64,000 nt of DNA from an uncultured Candidatus Saccharibacteria bacterium (GCA_964362125.1 CAYICS010000002.1:9302-73301); one strand, 5' to 3'; shown: positions 9,485 to 19,397, numbered from the stretch's first letter. The notes: generated by a model not told the origin, from the sequence alone. Numbers and translations: made by a program.

Positions 9485-11147
9485 CGGAAAAAAAGTTAAT
9501 GGGGCTGATTTGAAATCAATGACTGACGCCATCAGTCACCGTGGGCCGGATGGCGAGGGTTTTTATATTAATCCGTCAGGCAATGTTGGTTTAGGCCATC
9601 GCCGCCTGGCGATTATCGATCTTTCTCCGGCCGCCAGCCAGCCGATGACTAATGAAGACGGAACCATCTGGATTGTTTATAACGGTGAAATCTACAATTT
9701 TCAGGAGTTGCGTTCGGATTTGGAAAGACTCGGTCATAAGTTTAAGTCAAAAAGCGACACCGAGGTAATTATCCATCTTTACGAAGAATACGGAATTGAT
9801 TGTTTAAAACATCTCCGGGGAATGTTTGCTTTTGCTGTTTGGGACGAGAAAAATCAGCAGTTATTTTTGGCCCGGGATCGCCTCGGTAAAAAGCCGCTCA
9901 AGTATTATCTGGGGAAAGACGTTTTTATTTTTGCTTCAGAGTTAAAAGCGATTCTGACCCAGCTGGCAGTTAAACCAGAAGTTGATGACGAAGCTCTGCC
10001 GCATTTTTTCGCTTTTAATCATCTGGCCGCTTCGGCCACTGGTTTTAAAGAGATTTATAAACTGCCGCCAGCCCACTACGCAGTTTTAAAAGATAATCAG
10101 CTAACGACTAGAAAGTATTGGGAGATTGATTTCGGCAAAAAAGCCAAATTCGCTTCTTACGAAGAAGCGAAAATTGAATTGAAGCGGTTATTGACTGAAG
10201 CTGTGGAGAAACGCTTGATCGCCGATGTGCCTTTGGGGGCGATGCTTTCCGGCGGCATTGATTCGTCATTGGTGGTTGGTTTAATGAGCCGATTCAGCCG
10301 GCCCAAAACTTTTTCCATTGGTTTTGCTGAGGAGAAACTTGATGAGCGGCTATTTGCCCGGATAGTGGCTGACCACTTTGGCGCTGATCATACTGATCTT
10401 GAAGTAAAGCCGGATACCATTGAAATCCTGCCGAAATTAGTCAGGCAATATGAAGAACCATATGCCGATTCCTCGGCTCTACCCACTTATTATTTAGCCG
10501 AGCTGACACGGCGCTCGGTTAAAGTTGCCCTTAATGGCGACGGCGGCGATGAGGCCTTTGGCGGTTATCGGCGCTATAAATACTGGAATCTGTTTCATTA
10601 CTTTAAAAAAGATATTTATTACGACATCGCTACTCGTCAATATTTTTCTTCACTAAACCCTAAACCCTATACCCTAAACCCTAAATTAAAAAGACTTGAT
10701 GATATCTTTAAACTGGCTTACCAAACATTTCTGCCCAATGATCTTTTAATAAAAATGGATATTGCCACGATGGCTTTTGGGTTGGAGGCGCGGTCGCCTT
10801 TTCTTGATCAGGAATTGGTGGAGTTTGCCGCTTCTCTGCCGTCATTTTGGAAAGTGAGCGGCCTGAAGACAAAAATTATTCTCAAAGACGCTTTTAAAGA
10901 TTTTTTGCCTGAAGAAATTATGAAACGCCGCAAATACGGTTTTGAACTGCCGGTTGATAACTGGTTCCGCGGCCCGCTTTATCAGTGGGCAAGCGATATT
11001 TTTCTCGACAGTTCCACTATCAAGCGCGGCTATTTTGACAAAAAAGAAATAGAAAAGCTGTTAAAAGAACATAAAACAGGCGTCAAAAATCACGGGCAAC
11101 GGATTTGGCTGCTGCTCTGTTTTGAATTTTGGCTTGGGCTAAAATGA
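9453..11147 (+). CDS. asnB: Asparagine synthase (glutamine-hydrolyzing) family, probably a glycan amidotransferase
   Basis: MCGIAG N-terminus, HRGPD, YNGEIYN, LSGGIDSS, GDGGDE.FGGY. Confidence 0.95.
   Translation: MCGIAGKIYLNGKKVNGADLKSMTDAISHRGPDGEGFYINPSGNVGLGHRRLAIIDLSPAASQPMTNEDGTIWIVYNGEIYNFQELRSDLERLGHKFKSKSDTEVIIHLYEEYGIDCLKHLRGMFAFAVWDEKNQQLFLARDRLGKKPLKYYLGKDVFIFASELKAILTQLAVKPEVDDEALPHFFAFNHLAASATGFKEIYKLPPAHYAVLKDNQLTTRKYWEIDFGKKAKFASYEEAKIELKRLLTEAVEKRLIADVPLGAMLSGGIDSSLVVGLMSRFSRPKTFSIGFAEEKLDERLFARIVADHFGADHTDLEVKPDTIEILPKLVRQYEEPYADSSALPTYYLAELTRRSVKVALNGDGGDEAFGGYRRYKYWNLFHYFKKDIYYDIATRQYFSSLNPKPYTLNPKLKRLDDIFKLAYQTFLPNDLLIKMDIATMAFGLEARSPFLDQELVEFAASLPSFWKVSGLKTKIILKDAFKDFLPEEIMKRRKYGFELPVDNWFRGPLYQWASDIFLDSSTIKRGYFDKKEIEKLLKEHKTGVKNHGQRIWLLLCFEFWLGLK
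10653..10687. repeat. CTAAACC heptamer array inside asnB
   Basis: CTAAACC-CTAAACC-CTATACC-CTAAACC-CTAAATT, encoding LNPKPYTLNPKL. Confidence 0.8.
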
Positions 11148-12094
11148 TTCCCCCGTCTTTTTCTTGTCCGATATGCGACGCCAGTTTAATCGATTCATCT
11201 TTAATTGCTAAAGAAAGTTCTATTGAAGGAGATTTAGGTATTCGTATTTGTTCAAATTGCGATTTTTTATTTACCTGGCCAAGAGCCATTGATCCTCAAA
11301 TAACTTATAATCAGGCGGAGAGGACGTCTTGGGAGAAAAAATATGGAGCAATCGACAGAGGCGAGGTAGAAAATGATCGCCATAAAAATTTTCTGGAAGA
11401 GGTGATTGTAGTTAATAATTATATACCGGAGGGCAAAATTATTGATATTGGTTGTAATGCTGGGTGGTTTTTAGAACAGTTACTCCGACACCCAAATTAT
11501 CAGCCAGAAGGATTGGAATCTAGTCCAGTCCTGGCAGAGATATGTCGTCGTCGGCTTAACATCCCGGTCTATCAGAATTTTAGCCAGCTATCTAATCGTA
11601 AAGATTCTTTTTCCGGCATAACAGTAATCGATGTGATCGAACATGTAAATCCCGAAGATATCAATTCTTTTATTGATAATATTTCGAAAATTATTAAACC
11701 CGGCGGTTATTTATTCATAAAAACTCCCAATGGAAAATTTACCCGTATTAAGGGCTGGCTGGCCGGCCTGTTGACGCCTAAATTAAGGCGGGCTTTATTG
11801 GGAGTTGAGGATGTCTGGGACGCTAAAGAACATGTGATTCATTGGAGCACAGACACGCTTTCCCGAATTCTTTTCAGATATAATTTTAAAACGGTTAAGA
11901 CTTTTGTTCCTTTGCCAGTACAAACAAGGGGTAGTCCGATTACGGCCATCGCCGCCCGCAAATTTATTTACTTGACAGCTTATTTATTGAACGGGCGTAG
12001 AAGAGTTCCTGCTTTTGCCCAGGATATTTTTTTAATTGCCCAGAAAAATATAAATAAAGAGGCAATCAGCATAAACGGCAAAAGAGGGATGTAA
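11144..12094 (+). CDS. Class I SAM-dependent methyltransferase with N-terminal Zn-ribbon
   Basis: CPIC...CSNC, IDIGCNAG, DVIEHV, KPGG; the ATG overlaps the asnB stop (ATGA). Confidence 0.85.
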   Translation: MIPPSFSCPICDASLIDSSLIAKESSIEGDLGIRICSNCDFLFTWPRAIDPQITYNQAERTSWEKKYGAIDRGEVENDRHKNFLEEVIVVNNYIPEGKIIDIGCNAGWFLEQLLRHPNYQPEGLESSPVLAEICRRRLNIPVYQNFSQLSNRKDSFSGITVIDVIEHVNPEDINSFIDNISKIIKPGGYLFIKTPNGKFTRIKGWLAGLLTPKLRRALLGVEDVWDAKEHVIHWSTDTLSRILFRYNFKTVKTFVPLPVQTRGSPITAIAARKFIYLTAYLLNGRRRVPAFAQDIFLIAQKNINKEAISINGKRGM

Positions 12095-13920
12095 TATCTT
12101 TCGCTATTATCGCTGAATATCAGCAGAGTTAAAAGCTGTGACCAGACAAAGCCGCCGATTAACCAATAATCTTTGCTGGTTATAAAAAAGACAGAGCCGA
12201 TCAGGAAGCCCAGAAACGGATAAAGCATCCATAAACCAAAAGGATTATTTTTTAAACCAAGGGCAGTAATAAATTTATTCCCCAACACTTTCAGGTAGTC
12301 AATGGGATTTTCAATAATCCAAATAATACTTGGATCAGCCCTATCATCGAATATTTTATCAGCTAAAGAGAGGATGGTTGGGTGATTATTCTTGGCAGAT
12401 AATTGATAGTCAGGAGGCGCTTGAGTGGCATGGATAAAGTTGGTAGTTGAAATTGAATTAACGAATAATCCGAAATCATCTGCTATCAGCTGGTTGCGCA
12501 GAAGAAAGGGGCTAAAGGCAATCAAGAGGCCGACAGTAAAGGACAATAGGGGTTTTAAAAGCTGTTTTCTATAAGTGAAAATCAGCCAAATAATTATAAA
12601 AGGCAGCCAGCTTAGGAAGTTGTAGCGATTAATAACAGAGAAGGCCAATGAGGCGCCGGCAAGAAAAGAAAGATGATTTTTTTTAAACAGCAAAAGAAGG
12701 ACGGCGGCGACAGCAAAAAAAGCGCCTAGGGGTTGAGGAAAGAGTTTGAAATGTTCGCCAAAAAACGGAGGATAAAAATTAACTAATGGAATAATGGCCA
12801 GTGAAAGCCAATGGTTTTTAAGAAGGCGCGAGCTGATTAAAAAAGCAATAAAAGCTGTAAAAAGGCCAATAAGTGATTGAAAGAAGACAACGCCAAATAA
12901 TCCTTCTCCGGTAATCAAGTGAATTAAGGCAAGGAAATAATAATAGGGCTGATGATAGTACGGCCCATCAATTATTTTCATTGCCCAATCACCTGTTTTA
13001 AGAATATGACGGGCGAAAGTTTCATAAGAGATTGGATCGTGGGCAACGTCCAGATAATTAAAATATTCTGACTGGGCTTTATTTAGTAATTCACTGCCAG
13101 TCAATAAAAGACAGAATAATAAAGTCGCTATCAAAAAAGGACGTTTGGGGAATATACGGGTTATTTTAAAAACAATAATAAGGTTGAGGATAGCCAACAG
13201 TTTTAATATACCGTCAGCAATTCCTAAAAGATCATCGGAAAAAATTAAAGATGGGGCATAGTATTTGGTAAAAAGAGTTTTAACTGTCTGATTACCATAA
13301 TTATCTCCCCAATTAAGATTAATAAAGCGCAGTGGTTTAGATGATGGCCGATAGCTGATTTTAATTGGATAGACGCCGCTGCCTTTAATTTTCAAATCAA
13401 GAGAGGTTTCGCCGTCGCTGGTGAGAGATACAGTTTTATATCCGGGCGGGATGTAGATATGGCCCTGCCAGTTTATTTTTATTGGCCAAAGATAACGTTC
13501 TTGCTGATCTGGGATTGTAAAAAATTTTTCGTCATTTAAATACCAAAGAGGCAATGGGTTGGCATCAGGGGAGTAGCCGACTGATTTAAAATTTATAACC
13601 GGGTCAATTCTTGTTTGGGCTAAGATAGTTTCATTGGGCGGCGGATAATAGTATTGGCCTATCAGACCGCTCTCGAGCGACGCCCCTCCCAGAATCAGCT
13701 TTAAGATAATTAAAGTGAAAGCGAAGATCCCGACAATAAGAAGATTTTTTTGCTTTTTATAATCAGCTTTCGGCGATAAAGAAAAAATTATAATAATCGC
13801 CGCTATAAAGATTATTTCGTGGAATTGGCTTAGTGGGACGCCATCGAACCAGCCGGCGCGCCCCGGAATTATGAAAAAAATAATCGCCAGAAAAATCAGA
13901 AAAAATTGACCCTGATTCAC
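11980..13920 (-). CDS. Multi-pass membrane protein, GT-C/ArnT-like with a PA14-like extracytoplasmic domain
   Basis: GL.G.YY...RIDP.INF...W.G.I.IP (PA14-like), D...Y loop, PYYYFLA, many TM segments. Start is uncertain (GTG 13920 or TTG 13959). Confidence 0.6.
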   Translation of the reverse strand: MNQGQFFLIFLAIIFFIIPGRAGWFDGVPLSQFHEIIFIAAIIIIFSLSPKADYKKQKNLLIVGIFAFTLIILKLILGGASLESGLIGQYYYPPPNETILAQTRIDPVINFKSVGYSPDANPLPLWYLNDEKFFTIPDQQERYLWPIKINWQGHIYIPPGYKTVSLTSDGETSLDLKIKGSGVYPIKISYRPSSKPLRFINLNWGDNYGNQTVKTLFTKYYAPSLIFSDDLLGIADGILKLLAILNLIIVFKITRIFPKRPFLIATLLFCLLLTGSELLNKAQSEYFNYLDVAHDPISYETFARHILKTGDWAMKIIDGPYYHQPYYYFLALIHLITGEGLFGVVFFQSLIGLFTAFIAFLISSRLLKNHWLSLAIIPLVNFYPPFFGEHFKLFPQPLGAFFAVAAVLLLLFKKNHLSFLAGASLAFSVINRYNFLSWLPFIIIWLIFTYRKQLLKPLLSFTVGLLIAFSPFLLRNQLIADDFGLFVNSISTTNFIHATQAPPDYQLSAKNNHPTILSLADKIFDDRADPSIIWIIENPIDYLKVLGNKFITALGLKNNPFGLWMLYPFLGFLIGSVFFITSKDYWLIGGFVWSQLLTLLIFSDNSERYYIPLLPFMLIASLFIFFWAIKKISWAKAGTLLRPFNK

Positions 13921-13940
13921 AATGTGCTTATTATAGTGAC

Positions 13941-14642
13941 GTGCTCCAGCAACTATCAAGTGTTTCCTTTTTTTGTCCAGCTTACTGTGAGGAAGATAAT
14001 CTGCCGGAATTTATTCCCAAAGTTCATAAATTTTTGTCAGAGAACAGTCGCCAATTTGAAATTGTCATTGTTAATAACGGCAGTCATGATCGGACTGGCG
14101 TCATTGCTGAAGATTTGGCTAAACAATATAAAAATATCAGGGTGATCCATCACCCGCGAAATATGGGTTATGGAGGCGCTTTAAAAACCGGTTTTGCCAG
14201 CGCCCGCGGGGATTATGATTATGTAATGTATCTTGACAGCGACAATCAATATGACATTAACGAATTTAATCCTCATCTTCACCTGCTCGATCAGTTTGAT
14301 ATTTTAAGTCCTTACGCCGCCAAAAAGGCCGTCACTTTTCCCCGGAAAATTCAGTCGTTTGTTTATAATTTTTGTCTTAATAACCTTTTCCCTCTTAAAT
14401 TGCGGGATGTCAATTGCTCAATGAAGATTTATAAACGCGAGGTAATTAAAACGGTTTCTATTAATAGTCAAAGCGCTTTTATTGACGCGGAGGTGTTATT
14501 AAAGGCCAAGCGAGCCGGCTTTAAGATTCATCAATTCCCCATAACTCATTTCCCCCGCAAGAAAGGTGTAGCCACTGGTTCTCACCCTAGTGTTATTTGG
14601 GAGACAATTAAGGAGATGGTGAAATTTAGGCTCTGGAGTTAA
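13941..14642 (+). CDS. GT2 glycosyltransferase (DPM1-like)
   Basis: PAY.EE, NNGS.D.T, N.GYGGAL.TG, DSDNQ, DVNC.MK. Confidence 0.9.
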   Translation: MLQQLSSVSFFCPAYCEEDNLPEFIPKVHKFLSENSRQFEIVIVNNGSHDRTGVIAEDLAKQYKNIRVIHHPRNMGYGGALKTGFASARGDYDYVMYLDSDNQYDINEFNPHLHLLDQFDILSPYAAKKAVTFPRKIQSFVYNFCLNNLFPLKLRDVNCSMKIYKREVIKTVSINSQSAFIDAEVLLKAKRAGFKIHQFPITHFPRKKGVATGSHPSVIWETIKEMVKFRLWS

Positions 14643-14716
14643 ATCCAAAAACTCTGCTCTTCAAAACAAAGGTAGGTGTCGGTCCGCTATTCTTCTTCTC
14701 GCAACAACCACGGCTA

Positions 14717-14943
14717 AGCCACCCCCTCCTCCTCGAAACAACCTGTTGGAGTGGAGCTTATAAATTTGTGAGTCCCGAGGAAAGAAATCTAAGAAAAACA
14801 GTTGTTTGAGCCCCAGCTCTGCTGGGGAACCCTTATCTTCCTTAATGTTAACGGCGAGTTCTGTTTTTCCGATAATTTCTGACGAGGGACGAACTGAATT
14901 TATGCGGAACGGAAATGGTTATTGAGAGGAGGAGGGGGTGGCT
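14717..14943 (+). repeat. ~227-nt rod-like structured element, copy 1 (candidate ncRNA or non-autonomous mobile element)
   Basis: Terminal stem AGCCACCCCCTCCTCCTC / GAGGAGGAGGGGGTGGCT. Core 14781-14883 differs from the reverse complement of 19458-19560 at 4 positions. Confidence 0.8.
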
Positions 14944-14978
14944 ATATATGCCTGATGGTACTGAAAGCGATAGCTTTA

Positions 14979-15008
14979 TTTCTTGACTTATAGCTTAAAA
15001 AATGCTTA
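14979..15008 (+). promoter_or_regulatory. Putative sigma70 promoter of the GT4 operon
   Basis: TTGACT followed ~17-18 nt later by TATATT, shortly before ATG 15023. Confidence 0.5.
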
Positions 15009-15022
15009 TATTAAGAGTGCCA

Positions 15023-16150
15023 ATGAAGCTCTTAATGATCAGCGGCGATATTGATTTAGTCCGGGGTATTGATGGCGCTTTTTTTAACACCCTTAGTGGT
15101 TTTCATAAATATTGGGAAAGAATTGATATCATCTGTCCTTATGTTAAAGAAGCCAGACGCCTTTCTCTTTTTGGCAATGTCTTTCTTCATCCTCTGCCTT
15201 GGGGAAGAGTTATCGCCCCGTTTTTTATTTTAAAAAGAGGCATTTCCATAGTTAATCAATCTAAACCTGATTTAATTATTGCCCACGCTTACGGTTTTCA
15301 ATTGATGTCCATAGGCGCCTGGCTTCTGGCCGGCAAAACCGGACTACCTCTTGTTTTAGAGGTTATGCATATGGGCGGACATCCCCGGGCGGCCAGTTTC
15401 CGGGAATGGCTGGAGAAAATAATTTCCAAATTATTTATTAGTTTTATGGCCAGCCGGGCCGATGCTTTTCGGGTAGTTAATAAAGCCGATAGTTATCCCC
15501 TGCTTATTTCTCTGGGAGTGCCGCCGGAGAAAATTAAGCTTATTTACGCTTTTTATATTGATCAAAAGATTTTTAATAACCAAACTAATCAGGACAAAAA
15601 ATTTGATTTGATTTTTGTCGGCCGATTGGCGGCTAATAAAAATTTACCTCTGCTGCTTAATACTTTCCAAAAAGTTGCTGAAGAAATCCCTCAAGTCAGT
15701 TTGGTAATTGTCGGGAGCGGCCCTTTAGAGAATTGGTTAAAGCGGCAAATTATTTTAATAAAAAATGTTAATTATTTTCGGTTTCTCCCGGCACTGAAAG
15801 ATGTCGCCGATTTGTACCGCCAGTCCCGGATTGTGGTTTGTTGTTCAATGGCTGAAGGCGGGCCGAGATTTGTGGTGGAGGCGATGGCTTGCGGTTTGCC
15901 GGCGGTTTCCACCCCAGTGGGATTAATGAAAGAAATTATCAAAGACGGAGAAAATGGATTTCTGGCCGGGAACTGGTCTGAAGAAAATATGGCCAGATCA
16001 ATAATTAATCTTTTAAGATCACCGGAGCTTTATAAGAAATGTTCAGAGAACGCCATCGGGACTGTGGCCGGATTTGAATATCAAAAAACAATTTCTCAAT
16101 ACGCCTTGGCTTACCAGAAATTAATTGAAGAATTAAGAAATAAAAAATGA
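15023..16150 (+). CDS. GT4 glycosyltransferase
   Basis: FVGRL..NK and EGGPRFVVEAMACG. Confidence 0.92.
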   Translation: MKLLMISGDIDLVRGIDGAFFNTLSGFHKYWERIDIICPYVKEARRLSLFGNVFLHPLPWGRVIAPFFILKRGISIVNQSKPDLIIAHAYGFQLMSIGAWLLAGKTGLPLVLEVMHMGGHPRAASFREWLEKIISKLFISFMASRADAFRVVNKADSYPLLISLGVPPEKIKLIYAFYIDQKIFNNQTNQDKKFDLIFVGRLAANKNLPLLLNTFQKVAEEIPQVSLVIVGSGPLENWLKRQIILIKNVNYFRFLPALKDVADLYRQSRIVVCCSMAEGGPRFVVEAMACGLPAVSTPVGLMKEIIKDGENGFLAGNWSEENMARSIINLLRSPELYKKCSENAIGTVAGFEYQKTISQYALAYQKLIEELRNKK

Positions 16151-17178
16151 AAGTTTTAGCCATCATTCAATGTTGGGATAATCAGGATCAGGTGCGGGGA
16201 TTTACGGTTGGCTGGATGGAAAAGCTGGCAGAGAAAGTTGACCAGCTGATTATTTTAACTCTGGAACAGCGCCAGCCGTCTACCAGACCCAATATAATTA
16301 TTTATTCATTGGGTAAAGAAAATTATCAGGGATTGTGGAGGCGTATTTATTATTTATACCAATGGCATCGGCAGGTGAGAAAAATAATTAAAGATTATTC
16401 ACCTCAAATTATTTTTACTCATATGACGCCTATTTATTCGGTATTGGCTTATCCTTACGCGGCTTCCAAGAGAATTCCTATTATTACCTGGTTTCTCCAC
16501 CCCAGAACCCATTTTATTGTTAAGTTAGCCCATTGGCTTTCGGCTAAAGTAGTTTCGGCAACTCCGGACAGCTATCCTTATAAGAAGGATAAGTTAGCGG
16601 CCTTGGGTCATGGGATTGATACGGATTTATTTAGGCCCGGCGGCCAATCAGACAATCCACCGATGATTTTATCAGTCGGCCGGATTTCCCGGGTGAAAAG
16701 TTATGAAACTTTATTGCGGGCGGCCCAAGGATTGCAAGTGACGATAATCGGCAATCCGATTACCGATGACGATAGAGAATATTTTTCTGAAATAAAAAAA
16801 TATCAGGCGGAATTTCTGCCGGCCCTGCCCCGTAAGGAATTAGTAGGCTGGTATCATAAATGTTTTCTCCATGTGAATCCCACCAGTCCCGGCTCTGGCG
16901 ATAAAGTTAATCTGGAAGCAATGGCCTGCGGCCGGCCGGCGCTGATGGCCACCTCCGCTTTTGCCGATACCCTATCCGGTTTTGAAGATAAGCTGATTTT
17001 CAGATATCAGGACGAGAAAGATTTAGCCGATAAAGTTTCTTATTGGCTTTCTCTTTCCGCGGCTGAAAGAGAAAAAATTGGAAATGTTTTGCGCGACCGG
17101 GTTGTTAAAAATCATAGTCTGGATAATTTAATGTCCGGATTGGTTAATCTGTTTTATGAAAATACTTTATCTGGCTAA
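16147..17178 (+). CDS. GT4 glycosyltransferase
   Basis: HGIDTDLF, SVGRISRVK, DKVNLEAMACG. Confidence 0.9.
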   Translation: MKVLAIIQCWDNQDQVRGFTVGWMEKLAEKVDQLIILTLEQRQPSTRPNIIIYSLGKENYQGLWRRIYYLYQWHRQVRKIIKDYSPQIIFTHMTPIYSVLAYPYAASKRIPIITWFLHPRTHFIVKLAHWLSAKVVSATPDSYPYKKDKLAALGHGIDTDLFRPGGQSDNPPMILSVGRISRVKSYETLLRAAQGLQVTIIGNPITDDDREYFSEIKKYQAEFLPALPRKELVGWYHKCFLHVNPTSPGSGDKVNLEAMACGRPALMATSAFADTLSGFEDKLIFRYQDEKDLADKVSYWLSLSAAEREKIGNVLRDRVVKNHSLDNLMSGLVNLFYENTLSG

Positions 17179-18319
17179 TATTCGTCTGCCAACGGAAAGG
17201 GCTCATGGCTATCAGATAATGAAAATGTGTCAGGCTCTAAGCAGTGTCGGCGCTGAAGTGTCTCTTTATCATCCTCAAAGACAGCAGTCGCCGCTGGTAA
17301 AAAAATCAGGTAAAGATCCTTTTGATTTTTATAACATCTCCCCTAATTTTAAAATTCACACCCTGCCTAATCTTGATGTAGTGTCTTGGGAAAGATATTT
17401 GCCGGTTTTTACCAGACCCCTTTTGGGCTTTCTTCAAAACTTTTTTTGGGCTTTCTATGCGGTTAATAAAACCAGAAAAATTTTTGCTGATATCTATTAT
17501 ACCCGCGATCTGACCGTCGCCTTTTGGTTAGCTTATTTTCAAAAGAGATTTATTTTTGAGATTCATACTCTTCCCCGGAAACGCTCCTGGTTGATAAGAT
17601 CAGTTCTGGGCAGTGGTGATTTATTGTTAGCGGCGGCCCTGACTAGCTTTATTAAAAATAAATTAGTTAAATGGGGCGCGCCCGAAGATAAAATTATTGT
17701 GGCGCCGGATGCGGTTGACTTATCGGCTTTTAAAAATTTGCCGTCGCCAAAAGAATGCCGGAGAAAATTTAATCTGCCGGAAGATGTCTGGCTGGTTGGT
17801 TATATCGGACGCTTTGAAAGTATAGGCAGAGAGAAGGGCGTGGGTATTTTAGCCGAGGCAGTGAGGCAAATTCCCGAAGTTGACGGCCGAAAAGTGATGC
17901 TATTGGCAGTGGGCGGGCCGTTGCCGATGGTAGAAAAGTATAAAAATCAGCAGACAATTTTTTTTGATCATCAGCCGGCAGAAGATGTGCCTTATTGGAT
18001 CAAGGCCTGCGATGTTGTCACTATTCCCTGGCAGTGGACTGAATTTTCTGCTTATTATACTTCTCCACTTAAGTTATTCGAGTATATGGCGGCTGACGTG
18101 CCGATTATTGCCAGTGACTTACCGGCGTTGCGTGAAGTATTAAATGAAAATAATGCGGTTTTAGTAAAAGCAGGCGACCGGGAGGCTTTAGTCGTTGCTA
18201 TTGAAAAACTTTTGAAAAATCCCGATCTTTCCTCTAAAATAGCCGAACAAGCTAAGGCCGATGTCCAGCAATATACTTGGGAGAAACGGGCGCAAAAAAT
18301 CTTAAAATTAATTAGATGA
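17156..18319 (+). CDS. GT4 glycosyltransferase
   Basis: A.G.QI..MC.A N-terminus and TSPLKLFEYMA. Confidence 0.92.
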   Translation: MKILYLANIRLPTERAHGYQIMKMCQALSSVGAEVSLYHPQRQQSPLVKKSGKDPFDFYNISPNFKIHTLPNLDVVSWERYLPVFTRPLLGFLQNFFWAFYAVNKTRKIFADIYYTRDLTVAFWLAYFQKRFIFEIHTLPRKRSWLIRSVLGSGDLLLAAALTSFIKNKLVKWGAPEDKIIVAPDAVDLSAFKNLPSPKECRRKFNLPEDVWLVGYIGRFESIGREKGVGILAEAVRQIPEVDGRKVMLLAVGGPLPMVEKYKNQQTIFFDHQPAEDVPYWIKACDVVTIPWQWTEFSAYYTSPLKLFEYMAADVPIIASDLPALREVLNENNAVLVKAGDREALVVAIEKLLKNPDLSSKIAEQAKADVQQYTWEKRAQKILKLIR

Positions 18320-19362
18320 ATGTTATTTTAATTAGCAACAGCAGTCAGCCGACCAGCGGTTGGGGGACGATGACTCATAATCATTGTCTGGCTTTAGCCC
18401 GGGCCGGCATCCCCTTCGTTTTATTGAAGCCGCCGTTTCTTCCTGATCTGCCTTTGGGTTTTAATTGGCGAAATTTTTGGAGAATCCCCTATCTTTTTCA
18501 AGTGCCTGATTTAAAACCCGGAAAAGACACAGTCATTCATTCGCTCCTTGATTTCCCAACAGCGGTTTTGGGCTGGCGGCTGGCTAAGAAATATAAACTG
18601 CCTTTTGTTTTCACGGCTCACGGCACTTATTCTGTTTTACCCTTCACCCGGTTTTTTGATCGCCGGCTTTTTCTTCCGGTTTATCGCGGGGCCAACCAAA
18701 TAATTGCTGTTAGTAATTTTACCGCCCGGAAGATGCGGGAATTAAGCGGCTGCCAACGCCCGATTGATGTTATCTCTAATCCAGCGGCTCTGCCGGCTGG
18801 TTTTGGTCAGGAGGATTTTTCCATTATGGATAAAATTCCCAAGGGCAAAAAAATTATTTTAGCGGTTGGGCCAAGCAAAGGCCGGAAAGGCATTGATGTT
18901 TTAATTTCCGCCCTGCCCCTGATTACTAAAGAAGTCCCCGCCGCCTATTTGGCAGTAGTCGGCGATCAGGAAAAAGAAGGAGAGAACTTCCGGATGTTTA
19001 AAAACCTGCCGGCCCGGCAATTAGCCGCTCTTTTCGCCAACTGTGCTGTCTTTGCTTTAACCCCCCGTTATCTTAATCATGAATTTGAAGGTTATGGCTT
19101 GGTTTATCTGGAAGCGGGTTTATATAAAAAGCCGGTGGTCGGTTCGCTTTCCGGCGGCGTGCCTGAGGCGGTCATTGATGGAGAAACTGGCTTGCTGGTT
19201 CCGGAAAATGATCACCGGGCCGCGGCCGTCGCCATTATCAAAATTTTAAAAAATTCAGAATTAGCTGAAAGATTAGGCGAGGGCGGTTACCGGCTGGCCA
19301 AAGAAAGGAATTGGGACAGCTATATTGACAAAGTTATAAAGATTTATCATAATCTAGTTTAG
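18316..19362 (+). CDS. GT4 glycosyltransferase
   Basis: RKG.D and EGYGLVYLEA...GGVPEAV.DGETG. Confidence 0.92.
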   Translation: MNVILISNSSQPTSGWGTMTHNHCLALARAGIPFVLLKPPFLPDLPLGFNWRNFWRIPYLFQVPDLKPGKDTVIHSLLDFPTAVLGWRLAKKYKLPFVFTAHGTYSVLPFTRFFDRRLFLPVYRGANQIIAVSNFTARKMRELSGCQRPIDVISNPAALPAGFGQEDFSIMDKIPKGKKIILAVGPSKGRKGIDVLISALPLITKEVPAAYLAVVGDQEKEGENFRMFKNLPARQLAALFANCAVFALTPRYLNHEFEGYGLVYLEAGLYKKPVVGSLSGGVPEAVIDGETGLLVPENDHRAAAVAIIKILKNSELAERLGEGGYRLAKERNWDSYIDKVIKIYHNLV

Positions 19363-19386
19363 TCTTTTTTGTTCGAACTTTGGCAA
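19325..19386 (+). promoter_or_regulatory. Sigma70 promoter plus boxA-like element
   Basis: TTGACA-17nt-CATAAT, then GAACTTTGGCAA (19375-19386). Confidence 0.65.
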
Positions 19387-19397
19387 CTTGGATAACC

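Noticed and set aside
10653-10687. Plant-telomere-like CCCTAAA repeats as eukaryotic contamination or a telomere
   Set aside because: There are only five degenerate units, in frame inside a bacterial gene, and other heptamer arrays with different units occur in the window.
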